Shown in pieces: positions 24,581 through 37,322 of a stretch of DNA of 64,000 nt. Source of the stretch: Heterodontus francisci (taxonomy: Eukaryota); the NCBI RefSeq assembly GCF_036365525.1, contig NC_090378.1, positions 98,514,116 to 98,578,115 on the forward strand, read 5' to 3'. The translations under genes were made by a program, and so were the position numbers. Within the stretch, counting starts at the first letter, position 1, and each line of letters starts with the position of its first letter. Under the pieces are notes generated by a model. The model was not told the origin of the DNA, ran no database searches, and saw only the letters and a list, made by a program, of their open reading frames with translations.

Positions 24581-26449
24581 CTGTCCACTTGCCTGGATGA
24601 CTGCAGCTCCAAACACACTCAAGAAACTTGGCACCATCCAGGACAAAGGAACCCGCTTGATGGGCACCGCATCCACCAACTTAAACATTCTCTCCCTTCA
24701 CATTGGTGCACAGTGGCAGCAGTGTGTACCATTTACAAGATGCACTGCAGCACATCACCAAGGCTGCTTCGACAGCACCTTCCAAACTTTCGACCTCTAC
24801 CACCTCGGACAAGGACTACAGAAGCATGGGACCACCACCAGCTGCAAATTCCACTCTAAGCCACACACCATCCTGACTTGAAACTATATAGCCATTCCTT
24901 CACTGTTGCTGGTTTAAAAACCTGGAACTCCCTCCCTAACTGCACTGTGGGTGTACCTACGCTACACATACTGCAGTGGTTGAAGAAGGTGCCTCACCAC
25001 CACCTTCACAAGGGCAATTTGGGATGGGCAATAAATATTGACCTTGCCAGTGCCACTCACATCCCGTAAACAAATAAAAAAAATTACTAAAGGTCCGAGA
25101 TGCCCCTTGCCCTCGCTATGTTGTCAGCTCGAATGTCCAGCAATTTGCAGCACAAAATGTTTGAGCTTAAGGACAAGGCGGGGAGCAAATTCTAGATCAA
25201 TTTTTAAAAAAAAATTATATATCTCACCATTCTCTCCCTGGTCCCAAATCTCCCAGGGCCACAACCCAACTGCAGGGGAAATAGATAACTTGCATTGCCA
25301 GTGCTGCTCTACAAAAATAATCTTTGCACAGTTACTTGATACCAGACTACATGACAGCTGCTACTGGCACATTACAGCATGCGACACTGCACTGCTTTCT
25401 CTGCGGAACAAGCACACCAAGTGTGAGTCTTCCTGCTGTATTAAGTAATAATTTTTCCCCAACTACAAGTAGGAGCTTAATACAACTAGCCCAATGCTGA
25501 CCTGAATGCAATTTCTTCACATTCCTAACAATAAATTAATGTCATGAAAAACATGGAAGACACACGAGGCAAATTCTGATCTTGTACATTTAAAGTGCAT
25601 TTATATAACCTGCACTGTAAAGAAATGAGAGAGATTATTGGTTCTCTTTCCCTTAAATAATTGGCATGATTCTTAATGACACACAAAGCTTCCTTAAGAT
25701 AGATTCCTGTTCCTATAGTTCATGAAAATGGGAAAATAAACTTGCAAAATGGGCTTATAAATGAATTTCAACACAGAAAATGTAACACCTCACCTATACC
25801 TACAAAATTTAAGATTACATATTACTTGGAAAATAAGAATCTAAACGGAGAAGCGGAGCAAAAGGAATCTGGGAGCATACATACATAAGTCACTAAAAAG
25901 TTGCAACACAAGTTAATAAGATCATAACAAAAGCAAACCAAGCGTTAGGGGCTGAATTCTATGGGGAGAGGCCCACCTCGACCCCCAATCTGGAGAAGGA
26001 CCCGCCACAAATTACCAGTAGCGGGGGGAACCTCTGTGCAGCCTCCCCACTGCTCGGTGGTGGCACCCCAATTACCATATTCAAAACAGTACTTACCTCT
26101 CCTGATTATGCAGCCTTCCACCTCTCACTCCACACTTCCGCATTTTACGTTGAACGGGCGGCTGTCACATCCCGCGCCGTTCACAAACTGAAAAGCCAAC
26201 GGGTTATCAGAGGCAGAAGTTTTCACCAGCGAAGGCAATGCCAGATATTCAGTGGGTCTCACTCTGCATGCTGGGAGGGTGGAGGGAGGGGTGGGGGATT
26301 ATTCAGGGGTCTCATTCTGCAGATGTGTAGGGAGCCACTGCAATTCTGCCCTCCGTAATGGTTGGCAGCTCTGTACCAGCGAAGGAACAAAGGCACTCGA
26401 ATCACCCATGCGGCTCTCCCCACAGGAAGATGGCAGGATCCCCAGACAC

Positions 26450-26872
26450 CTTTTCTGTACTAATTCTTTGTCTTTCAACACACCATTAACATATTGTTTG
26501 CCTTTGCTCCATGACCTTTTGGTCAGCTATGTGGCCTTGTCCAATCTACACCTTCTCCTTTGTTACCTCTTGCCCCACCCCCCACCTCACTTGCTTATAA
26601 CCTGTGACATTTTTAATATTTGTCAGTTCCGATGAAGGGTCACTGACCCGAAACGTTAACTCTGCTTCTCTTTCCACAAATGCTGCCAGACCTGCTGAGT
26701 GATTCCAGCATTTCTTGTTTTTATTTCAGATTTCCAGCATCCGCAGTATTTTGCTTTTATTTTAGTGTTTTACTGCCACTTCTCTTCCAGGAATGCCTAC
26801 CTTGAAGAAGTTCTGCTCTTCTCACCGACAGGATTTTCGTTTGTCTCTTTTACCTTGTTCACCTTCATTGTT
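26450..26872 (+). mobile_element. Penelope-like element terminal repeat nested in the Harbinger MITE
   Basis: Same repeat as 10390, 40205, 43455 and 53700 (tgctgccagacctgctgag...atttccagcatccgcagtattttgctttt). Carries a hammerhead-like motif. Confidence 0.75.
26625..26661 (+). ncRNA. Minimal type-I hammerhead ribozyme-like motif (Penelope-associated)
   Basis: AGTT-CCGATGA-A-GGGTC-ACT-GACCC-GAAA-CG-TT-AACT gives stem I AGTT/AACT, stem II GGGTC/GACCC and palindromic stem III. The core has U4>C. Confidence 0.65.
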
Positions 26873-29059
26873 AAGTATTTCTGTGACAGCTGTCAGGAAG
26901 CAGGTGCTGGGGCGCTCTGAATAGGGCCCCAGCACCTGCTGCACAGCTGTCAAAAAGGTTCCTCACCGCATCGAAGGTCCCGCTTCTCCTCACGTAATAT
27001 TTAGGGTGGCGTAGCATCACAGTGATGCTAATGAGACCCTGCGCTTAATCTCGTGGGGGCTCAGTGGTGGCGTTGAATGCAGGCACGCCGAGTTCAAAGC
27101 TTGCTGCTGCGCGAATAAATTCAGGCCTAGGATTTATTTCTGGAGGGATAAAATTGAACAGTAGAGAGGTTATGCTAAATTTCTATCAAACCTTAGTTAG
27201 GCCATACATGGGAGTACAGTGTGCATTTCCTGTTGCTATATTATTAAAAAAGGATATAGAGGCACTGTAGACGGTACAAATAAAGATTTACAAGGATGAT
27301 ACCAGAACTGTGAGGTTATACCCATTGGGAGAGGATGAGAAGCCTGGGTCTCTTTTCTCCTATTCCAGAAAAAACTATTGGTGAAGGATGATACTGGAGC
27401 CCATTTTTACTCAGTCTTATATTTATTTACAGAGTGAAACATTACAAGCATGCACCTCCTAACTCAACCACACAGCAGTTTCGGTGAATGCCTCTATGTG
27501 CTCCAGTAAAACCCTAATTAATATCCTCCACCTGCTTTTGATTAAACAGAATTGATATATACTTAATATCTTCTCCCTTGAAAAGAAAAGGCTGATAGGT
27601 GACCTAATAGTGGTCTTTAAAATTATGAATAGTTTTGCTTTCCTCCAAAACCGGAGATCCATATAAGATAGTCACCAAGAAAAGAAATAGGGAATTCATA
27701 AGAAACTTCTTTATGCAGAGAATCGTGAGTATGTGGAACTCACTACCATAGGGAGTAGTTGACAAAAATAGTATAGATGCATTTAAGGGGAAGTTAGGTA
27801 AGTGCATGAGGGAGAAAGGAATAGGTTATTCCGCTAGGGTTAGATAAAGAAAGCCGGGAGGAGATTCAAGTGGAGCATAAATGCCATTGTGGACTGGTTG
27901 GGCTGAATGGCCTATTTCTGTGCTGTATATTCTATATCATTTTACATAAAACGCAGCACTTACCACCCGTCAAGTGGAGAACATCTGGGATTTTTAATTC
28001 AGGAAAACATCTGCATTACAAAATATGTGGCTTTTTTTTTCATACCAGTCATATTCGGTCTCAAGACAAAGCTTTCAACATTTTTACCAAAGACTAGATG
28101 TAAAACAGCACTACGATGTTTAAAGATGGAATATTTCACACTAACATGGTATGAGAGTCAAGACATGCACAAAACCTGTTGAGTTTTGTAAGGGTACAGC
28201 AAGAATCAACCATTGAATGGTTAACACCAGCATTTTCTTTCCCCACAAAAATAAAAGTGTGAATGTAACTAAGCTTCAGGTGCAAACCACCACCCATTAT
28301 GTTTCTGGATTAAAGAAATTCTGACAGCTTGCTTTTTCTACTTTTATAGATTCTGTCCAGAAAAGTACATACAAAAGTATTGAACAGCATCAGCTGCAGG
28401 GAGAGAGGTGGAGAGAACGAGGAAATCTGCATGATATCGGCTTCCAGAAAAGAGCTCAACACTGGCTGGTACTTGGTGTTCCAGATGGAGTTCACATATT
28501 ACAGATGCAGATGGACAGCAGTAATATGAAGAAACAGTAAAGCTCAATTGAACAATTTTGATTAGTCAATGCAACAATATATGCAATTTGATATATATTT
28601 GCTTAGCATTTATTCAAAATGACAGACAGCAGCCAGGTAATAAAACACTTATACTATCTTCAGCATCAAGCACCCCAACCAAGGTCAAGTAGAATCTGGG
28701 ACAAAAGTAGAGGTCACTCTATTCAGACTCAGCAATGCTGCCAAGCTCCAGCTTCATCCATCCTTCCTCTGCTAGTGGGAATTTTTGCCAGTTCCTACAC
28801 TAGCTGTACTTTTGGCTACCCTAAGAATCCTACATTTTTGCTCGACAGCCAGCAAAAGGGAGACTTCCAAAATCGATTAGCAGAGACATAGCCAAACATA
28901 GCTGACTGGATGAAGAGACCCCACTCCAGCATCTGTGCCCTTCCCACTTTGCTATTTATACATGCTGTACTTAACAGTGCAGTTTCTGAACAAATTACAT
29001 TCATTTGTAAAAACAAAATCCATAAAAATACAAAGCTGTAAATATTTTAACTAATATGA

Positions 29060-29540
29060 AAATGGCAGATAGGAACAGACTTTCTCGTCCATTTAGCCTG
29101 TCTCAACTGTGATAGGTTATACTTCACAATAGACACTCTCCAGCCAGGGCTGTGCAATCACTTGGCAAAAACAGATTAAAAACCCACACCAATGAGAGAA
29201 AACAAATAAAAACCCATACCAATTAGAGAACACAAAAGTGGAAAATTACTTTCCTATCCCCTCAGACATTCTAAATTGGACCTGGAGATCATGCTGACCA
29301 TGATTTAAATACAAGGTAATCTCCACCTCAGTCAAAACATGTCCAGCTCTTGCTTGAATGAATATAGCAAACTAGCATTCACTGCATGAGCCGGCAACCT
29401 GTTCCCCTGGTCTGCTATTCTCTGGTGAAATTAGAACTATTTATCAAACCTAGTTCCACCCTATCTAGCCCCTGGTCCTCTAACCTAACCAGATGAAATA
29501 ATTGGCCTAAATAAACTCAAATCTAATTTAACCCCTTCAT
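29060..29540 (-). mobile_element. Old CR1-like 3' fragment containing a 30-bp tandem duplication (29177-29236)
   Basis: Decayed tail-like sequence. taaaaacccacaccaatgagagaaaacaaa is repeated with 3 mismatches. Confidence 0.45.
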
Positions 29541-31352
29541 ATTATTTTGTTGCTTTTGGTTATGGAAAAGGCTTTCTGTAGTGAGGAAAATCAACTAGGA
29601 GAATTATGGTGTTAGTAACTTGGCAAACTGGCTGTATATAATATGGATCACAGGAAGTGCCAATATACTTTGGTCTTTATAGTTTTATGTAAACACTCCG
29701 ATCTCTGTTGGAATGAATTCCAATGGAAAATCTATTACCACCTACTTTTAAATTGACAATTCAGACAGGGATTTACCTTAATAATCTACAACCAAATTAC
29801 AAGAATGACCTCAAAATTCCTTTCTCCATTGAAATATTGATAAGTTGAGTACACAATTTTAACAGGTGTTGAAATAGTAAGATAAATGGTTGCGTTTTTT
29901 TCCTTCTTTGGGTGAAGGAAATAAAATGCACATTAAAAAAAAACTGTAGGATAACTAGTTTTTCTTGATAGTATTTAATCTATACTGGCTGATCCCTAGA
30001 CTGGTTTGGTTTGGTTTTGAGAGGTGGAACATTTAATATTCTAAAAGGAAAATGTGGCATGAACTCCACTAACCTCAGCATCAATTTGGTCAATTAGAAA
30101 AGTGGAGATAGGAAAAATTGTTGGACTATAAACTTCTAATGGAGTTCAATGTGCATCGTGAAATCCACTGTTATCAGAGCAGGATATTTTACTGAGCAAG
30201 CTTTGGTTTGCGGCCAAGTTCCAGAGGGCAGTGCCTATTTAAGTTTGAAGAGTAAGTGAGGAATGGAGAGTAAAATGACATTTATACAAGACAGACAATC
30301 ACAACTTTAGGTCATTCCAATGTGTTTTACTGCCAATGAGGTTATACTGTAGGAAACACCTCTGGCAATTGCAAGCTTCCACAAACAGCAATGTGTTAAT
30401 CTGTTTTAGTAATACAGTAGGTGGTATGATTTTAAATCCTTGTAAAATGTCAGAGGAAGGGAGGATTGGGGGATACAAAGACCATTGCTTAGAGGCCAGT
30501 CATGTCTCAAGTTTGAGATGGGACTATGAAACTTGATCAAGTTCAAGGTGATGGCTTTATAGGATATGATTTGATTTGTATTTTGGAGAGAATTCCAAGG
30601 AAAGAAAAATAATCCCATCAGGACAGTTAGTGAAGAAAACATGTACGTGGGCACACAACACGTAGTAAGGTTGATCACCCATCCAGTTTTGACCCGACAG
30701 TCTAGATTTTGAATGGACTCTCCAGAAATGTAAAGACGACAGACGTCCACCCTTGAAAGTTCAAATCAATTTCTTTGGCTAACTTCTAACTGAGGACATG
30801 GAGGCTCTGCTCCTGCCTTGAACTTTAGCAAACCCTAATGCCACTTATGAAAATGAGCTGTGCGCCCTGGAGGAAAAGATAGATTTTTCTGATAAGATGC
30901 TGAAAACTGCCAGATCTTGTAAAGTCCAGCACTGTTGGAGATCCAAATCAATACCTTTTTTTTCCCCTCAACAATCACACAAGATTAGAAATCTCAACAG
31001 GTATCAAAGCTTAAACTCTGAGCACAAGAGAAGTACACTCCCACAATTATACAATTTTGAAAGGAAATGTTTCCCTTGGAAAAATGTTGGATGACGACAG
31101 GTTGATCAACTTGATCAACTGCAATTTGTACAGTACTTTCTTAATAGTTAATGCTGCTCAGTGAAAAGAATAATTCTAATCAAAATGACAGAGGCTGTGC
31201 TGGGGGCAGGGGGGGATGGGGATGGAAAGAGAAGGATATAGGAGAGAAAAAAAAAGTGCAAAACAGAGGGAAAAAAAATGAAAAACTTACTCAGCAGCGA
31301 GTACACCTTGGAACTCAAACTGGGTCCTCAATAATTGGAAGACTTTTTGCGG

Positions 31353-31870
31353 TGTTATGACCAAAGTGGAAGGAATGCACTGCCTTTTCTAATTCCACTT
31401 CTCCACAGGTCACAACATACATTAATGTTTACCCAGTTACCGATACAGTCAATAATACACTCTACCCTTTATCCCAGAATAAAATACACCAACCAGGTTT
31501 CTTTAATAAAAAATTACCAGTTTATTATAAAACAAGACATAACCAGTAACGAAGCATTAACACAGATTGAAATATGAAAGTTCCCTTTTTACCTTAGCCC
31601 CTCTCACACATACACACATTAACCAGAATACACTTTGGCCAAATATTTGCTAATTCTTGAAGAAACAAAAAAGATATGGAAAGATGTCAGATGTCCTTTT
31701 ATTTTGGTTTGGTGTCCCAAATACGCATAGATGGCTGTCACTGAGATCTTTCTCTGGAGCAGTTAGTCCAGGTGGCATCGAGGATTTATGGGGCAGGTTT
31801 TTCCAGTATCTCAGGAGAAATGCAACAGGGGTTTCAACGATGAATGTAGCATCAATTTCTCTATTTCTTA
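31353..31870 (-). mobile_element. Solo-LTR-like fragment
   Basis: Begins tgttatgacc (LTR-type terminus, similar to the reverse complement of the 51818 end). Minus-strand AATAAA near 31521. The other end is unclear. Confidence 0.5.
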
Positions 31871-32444
31871 CACTCGCTTCTTACTGAACTGGCTGGATGT
31901 TGAGTTTTCACAACACAGGAATAGTCCTGGATTTAGTGGGCTAATGGGGTTTCAGCTTGGAACATAGGGATCAGGACCATCAGGTCGAGGGAAAAATTTA
32001 AACATCAAAGGAAAGGAGAATCCTAGGATTTGGAAATATTGAGGGAACATCTGGGGCATTTCTGTGCAGTGGGATCCCATTGGTCAGTCATGAGTGGGAA
32101 TGCATGCCTCGGCGTTGACAGTTTAGTGGGTGGGAGGAGAGACCCCATTGGGGAGTGCCCTGGGTCTACATTAATTTGGAAGGCAGGTCTTAAGATTTGA
32201 AAATCCTTGGAAGGGGGGCCTGGGATGTGAAGTTCTTCATTTTGCCGCACCATTAAATTAAAAACAAATCAAATACACTTTTCCACACCTGTGGATTCTA
32301 GGGTCTGGCTCAACTCAATCCACCCTCACCCTTCCACAAAGAAACAAAACAAAAGAAAAAGCAACAGCAACATGGGTTGGGGGAGTGACGAGGGGAAAAG
32401 CAGTATGAAAGAGCAGTTCTTCCAAGGGAGCCCTTGAAAGCATA

Positions 32445-32860
32445 CTAGCTCAGCAGATAGTAATCTTGCCTTACAGTCAGAAGGTTGTGGGTTCAAATCC
32501 CACTCCACAGCCTTGAATGCAAAAATCTATGCTGACACTTCAGCGCAGCACTGAGGGAGTGCTACACAGTCAGAGGTGCCGTCTTTTGAACTGAACCAAG
32601 TCTGCCCACTTAAGTGGACAAGAAAGATCTCATGGTACTGCTTTGAAGAGGAGAGTTCTCCCCTGGTGTCCTGACCAATATTTCTCGCTCAAATCAACAT
32701 CTCAAAAACAGCTCATCTGGTCATCATCACATTGCTGTTTGTCTGGGAGCTTGCTGTGCACAATTGGCTGCTGTGCTTACAACAGCAACTACACTTCAGA
32801 AGTACTTCATTGGCTGTGAAGATCTTTAGGATATCCTGACATCATGAAAAGTGCTTTCTA
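32445..32860 (+). mobile_element. SacSINE1/DeuSINE-like SINE
   Basis: tRNA head with B-box gggttcaaatccc, then ctgagggagtgct...cctggtgtcctgaccaatattt...gaagtacttcattggctgt. Confidence 0.85.
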
Positions 32861-33249
32861 CTGTTTTCTTTGACGTTGATGTGCGAGTGACAAACAGTGA
32901 ATTCTCCCCAGCCCAAAAGGCGATGTGAGAATCAGTGGCACTGCTCAATCTTTAGCCTTACAGCCACAAAGCCTACCACCTTTGTCCTGAAAGAAATTAA
33001 GCAAGGGACAACAGCAAAACCTAAATACGAAGTAAGATAGTAATATTACAGACAACAAATATAGAACAATATTATCCTTGCCCCAAAATATCCAAAGAAA
33101 AGCTTGTACGGAACCCCAATCGTACCTTCAGCGTGTCAACTGGATTCACATCCAACGAATTGAGTGTAGATACTTAATTTGGCAAATTAGTGCACAAAGT
33201 CCCACATACAGCAAATTAGCTGAACAAGTCAATCTGTTGGCGTCAGAAT

Positions 33250-33470
33250 GAATGTCAGCCAGGGATGTTCACAGGGAGAACATCGTGCTGTTCGTCAAAT
33301 ATTAATGGAACATCTTTCAGGATCTTAGATTTACATCCCATCTGAAAAATGGCATATCTAACAAAGCAACACTCCCTCAGAACTGCACTGAAGTGAGAGC
33401 TTAAGCTCTTCATTCATGGACTGGTTAGGACCTTGATCCTGCAATTTTCCTGACCCAAGAATTGAGAATA
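33250..33470 (-). mobile_element. Decayed SacSINE1-like fragment
   Basis: gcaacactccctcagaactgcactgaagtg block. Confidence 0.55.
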
Positions 33471-34234
33471 CTACAATTTGAATGAGATCGACATGCAAGT
33501 TATTAACCTAGAATACAAAACCAGTTACATAATAAAACCCATTATAATTAACTTGCGCAGGAAATTGCTCAACATAAAATCTAATATTTTGTGGTGTAGC
33601 TTAATTACACTAAGATTAAGTTTTCCATAAACTGACCATTGCCTAAAGGGAATAATGTTTTCATTATCAAACTGTTTTGCTCTCAAAGTTGTGTTCCAAT
33701 TCAGTTCTTAAGTGGCCATGCCAAGTGCACTGATTTTACATCCAAACGAATGTTTCCAACCCAGAGTTCAGAATAATGGGTACTATGTGATCAAGACAGC
33801 CTCAATGCTGCCAATATTCAAACTTCTAAATGTTCGCCACTTTGAAGTGTGAAGGGATTCTTATTTATCGTCACTAGACATTATTGATCCATGGACCACA
33901 TTTTACATGAAGAGCATCATTATGGATAATTAGCCATGCAAACAAGTGAGAACATGCATCTCTAAATACATAAATAAATATCTGAACAGATTTACCAGGA
34001 CTGCATGGATACCAAAGAAGCGGAGAAGTAGGGAAGGTGACTGAAGAAAAGGCCAAAGCGGCAAGTTTTGAGAAGACTTCTGCAAGTATGGAGGGAGAAA
34101 AAAAAAAGGTGGCAAAGAGGTTTTATAGTGAATGTCGACAAGAACTGGGGCTTGGTTGTGTCACTGCCACTTACAGGAGTATGATGTTTCTTGTACTTAT
34201 TACAGTTGCAAGTTATAACTATTAAAGATAAAAC

Positions 34235-35920
34235 AGGCTAGGGCTCTTGTCACTCGAAAAGAGAAGGCTGAAAGGGTACCTGATAAAGGTTTAAGATTGT
34301 GAAACAGTCTGATAGTTTTGCTCTCTCTCCCCCAAGTGGAAATATCTTCTCTACATCTACCTTAAGGGCCATAATTATAAAATAGACACAAATAAATCCT
34401 ATAGGAAATTCAAGAGAAACCTCTTTACCTGAGAGGTGGTTAGAATGTAAAACTCAGTACCTAAAGTAATTGAGGCAAATCTTCTTCGGCCTCCTTGTCT
34501 CGGGAGACAATGGGTAAGTGCCTGGAGGTGGTCAGTGGTTTGTGGAGCAAAGCCTGGAGTGGCTATAAAGGCCAATACTAGAGTGACAGGCTCTTCCACA
34601 GGTGCTGCAGATAAAATTGGTTGTCAGGGCTGTTACACAGTTGGCTCTCCTTGTGCTTGTCTTTTTTCCTGCCAACTGCCAAGTCTCTTCGACTCGCCAC
34701 ACTTCAGCCCCGCCTTTATGGCTGCCCACCAGCTCTGGCGATCGCTGGCAACTGACTCCCACGACTTGTGATCAATGTCACAGGACTTCATGTCACGTTT
34801 GCAGACGTCTTTAAAGCAGAGACATGGACGGCCGGTGGGTCTGATACCAGTGGCGAGCACGCTGTACAATGTGTCCTTGGGGATCCTGCCATCTTCCATG
34901 CGGCTCACATGGCCAAGCCATCTCAAGCGCAGCTGACTCAGTAGCATGTATAAGCTGGGGATGTTGGCCGCCTCGAGGACTACTGTGTTGGAGATGCGGT
35001 CCTGCCACCCGATACCAAGGATTCTCCGGAGGCAGCGAAGATGGAATGAATTGAGACGTCGCTCTTGGCTGACATACGTTGTCCAGGCCTTGCTGCCGTA
35101 CAGCAAGGTACTGAGGACACAGGCTTGATATACTCGGACTTTTGTGTTCTGTGTCAGTGCGCCATTTTCCCACACTCTCTTGGCCAGTCTGGACATAGCA
35201 GTGGAAGCCTTTCCCATGCGCTTGTTGATTTCTGCATTGAGAGACAGGTTACTGGTGATAGTTGAGCCTAGGTAGGTGAACTCTTGAACCACTTCCAGAG
35301 TGTGGTCGCCGATATTGATGGATGGAGCATTTCTGACGTCCTGTCCCATGATGTTCGTTTTCTTGAGGCTGATGGTTAGGCCAAATTCATTGCAGGCAGC
35401 CGCAAACCTGTCGATGAGACTCTGCAGACACTCTTCAGTGTGAGATGTTAATGCAGCATCGTCAGCAAAGAGGAGATCCCTGATGAGGACTTTCCGTACT
35501 TTGGTCTTCGCTCTTAGGCGGGCAAGGTTGAACAACCTGCCACCTGATCTTGTGTGGAGGAAAATTCCTTCTTCTGAAGACTTGAATGCATGTGAGAGCA
35601 GCAGGGAGAAGATGATCCCAGTGTAGGTGCGAGAACACAGTCCTGTTTCACGCCACTCAGGATAGGAAAGGGGTCTGATGAGGTGCCGCGATGCTGAATT
35701 GTGCCTTTCATATGGTCATGGAATGAGGTGATGATACTTAGTAGCACAGACGTATTTAAGGGGAAAGCTAAATAAGTACATGAGGGAGAAAAGAATAGAA
35801 GGTTATGCCACTAGAGTTAGGTGAAGAGGAGTGGGTGGAGACTCCAGTGGAGCATTAACACTGGAATAGACTAGTTGAGCCTTATGGCTCGTTTTTGTTC
35901 TGTACATTCCATGTAATTTA
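34235..35920 (+). mobile_element. CR1 3' fragment split by an RTE insertion (arms 34235-34480 and 35743-35920)
   Basis: ...aattgaggcaaat | agcacagacgtatttaagggg rejoins into the CR1 3' sequence seen at 27755-27790. Confidence 0.75.
34481..35742 (-). mobile_element. RTE-clade LINE, 5'-truncated, relatively young
   Basis: Peptides GVKQDCVLAP, LLFADDAAL, FTYLGS and LRWLGHVSRM. 300-aa uninterrupted ORF 34633-35535. C-terminal CSTCGRACHS..GL.SH zinc-finger-like motif in a shifted frame. Short GAAGAAG tail. Confidence 0.92.
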
Positions 35921-37182
35921 TCTTCATTTGCCACCAATGGCACTCCTGTCATCAGAGAAGACCCAATGGTATACAGAGGGAACACTTTGACCATTCACAA
36001 TATCTGGGAAAGATCTGTACAAAGCAGTATCTAAATTATGATACTCCCCCACCATTAAAAAAAAAATGGGGGCTAGGGGTGCCTTGGATTGATAGGGGCA
36101 CTCAACTGCCAGTAGGGACAGTGGACAAAGCTGATGATTAGGACAGCAGAAAAATGCTTCAGGATGGTAAACAAAACTTCTGATTAATTGTGAAGCTAAA
36201 ATAGTTGCTGACTTTTCAAGAGGGAAGTGGGGAGAGAGCATTTGTCATCACTTTTAAATTTAATGACTTCAGCTAAAAACTGTCGAAAGCTAAGAGAAGA
36301 TTTGCACCAAGGAAAGACACTAAATGACAAATAAGCTGCACAAGTAATAATTTGACAAAGGCGTTTTTTTGTTGTTGTTTGCTACATCATAAAAGTTAAC
36401 TTTTAGGTGATGCTTTAACTCTCTTTTTTGCTGAGGAAAGCCATCGATGGAGGGAGCAAGGTCACGTTAAAGTCTGGTGTATTCCGTGGAAATCAAAGAG
36501 CAAAATACTGAAGTTGCAAAATACTGAATCTGCACAATTCAACTGCAGGTCAGCATTTTTTTTTTTTTTTAATTACAGCTTACAGCACTTTCCACTGGAG
36601 CTAATGATTATTCATGTTGACTGTGAGAACTATTAACAGTCTAATAGATATAAATATTACTGCAGGTGCTGCTGTCATTTTCCCTGGTATGAGCCACCCC
36701 ATCACCCCCACCATTGTTGTGTAAAAGTAAATGGGATTTCAAATCATTTGCGCAAGGTACATCTATTACTGATTTGAGTATGTTTAGTTACTCTGCAGGA
36801 TCAACAATGGCACATTTCAAAAGCAGCCATTAGAAAAATATTCAGCAGAGGACCATATTTCTCCTCCCCTTTTTATCTAAATTCTCTCTCATTTCCTGAC
36901 ATTTTCCTGGTGTATGATTCCAGAGGCATCCTCTGGTAGCTCAGGCATTTGGGCATTCGTGTGACGATTTCAATAGACCACTACTGCTATTCTTAACTGC
37001 CTCAACAAACTCCCTCAGTTTATTACTATATCCCCAGGATACATCTTTCTCACACACTGCTACAGTAGAGATGGAAAAGACACATTAGACAGTAAGAAGG
37101 GAGACTCCTAACAATCACATACAATAATAATCCAGAGGTCTGATGGAAAGTAGGACTGGAAATATTACAAAATGTAAATGAT

Positions 37183-37322
37183 GGGGTGGGGGGGAGGGTG
37201 GGTGGAAGAGAGGAAGAGGGGAGAGGGGGAAGAGAGAGGAGGGAAGAGGGGGGGGGAAAGAGAGGAGGGAAGGGGGGGGGGAGAAAGAGAGGAAGAGGGG
37301 GGGAGAAAGAGAGGAAGAGGGG
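37183..37322 (+). repeat. Polypurine (G/A) low-complexity tract
   Basis: About 140 nt almost exclusively G and A. Confidence 0.9.

Larger units (their letters stand above)
22990..25082 (+). mobile_element. CR1/L2-group LINE (same family as 13885), decayed, carrying two nested insertions
   Basis: Peptides KKQDKSNPTNYCLISL, QFGFHQGHS and ALDIKAAFDRVW. Colinear with 13885-15102 once the inserts are removed. Confidence 0.9.
22600..25198. mobile_element. MITE-like element split by a LINE (arms at about 22600-22980 and 25090-25198)
   Basis: Imperfect terminal inverted repeat ccagcatttgct / agcaaattctag. The motif ccagcaatttg occurs in both arms. Confidence 0.4.
25949..27127. mobile_element. PIF/Harbinger-type non-autonomous DNA transposon
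   Basis: TIRs gggctgaatt / aattcaggcc (9 of 10 match). 3-bp TSD TAG at 25946-25948 and 27128-27130. It splits a CR1 cleanly. Confidence 0.75.
25860..27940 (+). mobile_element. CR1 3' region fragmented by insertions (pieces 25860-25948, 27128-27360, 27570-27940)
   Basis: LGFISGGIKLNSREVMLNFYQTLVRP is a CR1 RT C-terminal motif. The 3' UTR ends ggcctatttctgtgctgta. Confidence 0.8.

Noticed and set aside
28350-28540. Plus-strand acceptor followed by about 60 open codons
   Set aside because: No recognisable domain, no upstream partner exon and unremarkable codon usage.
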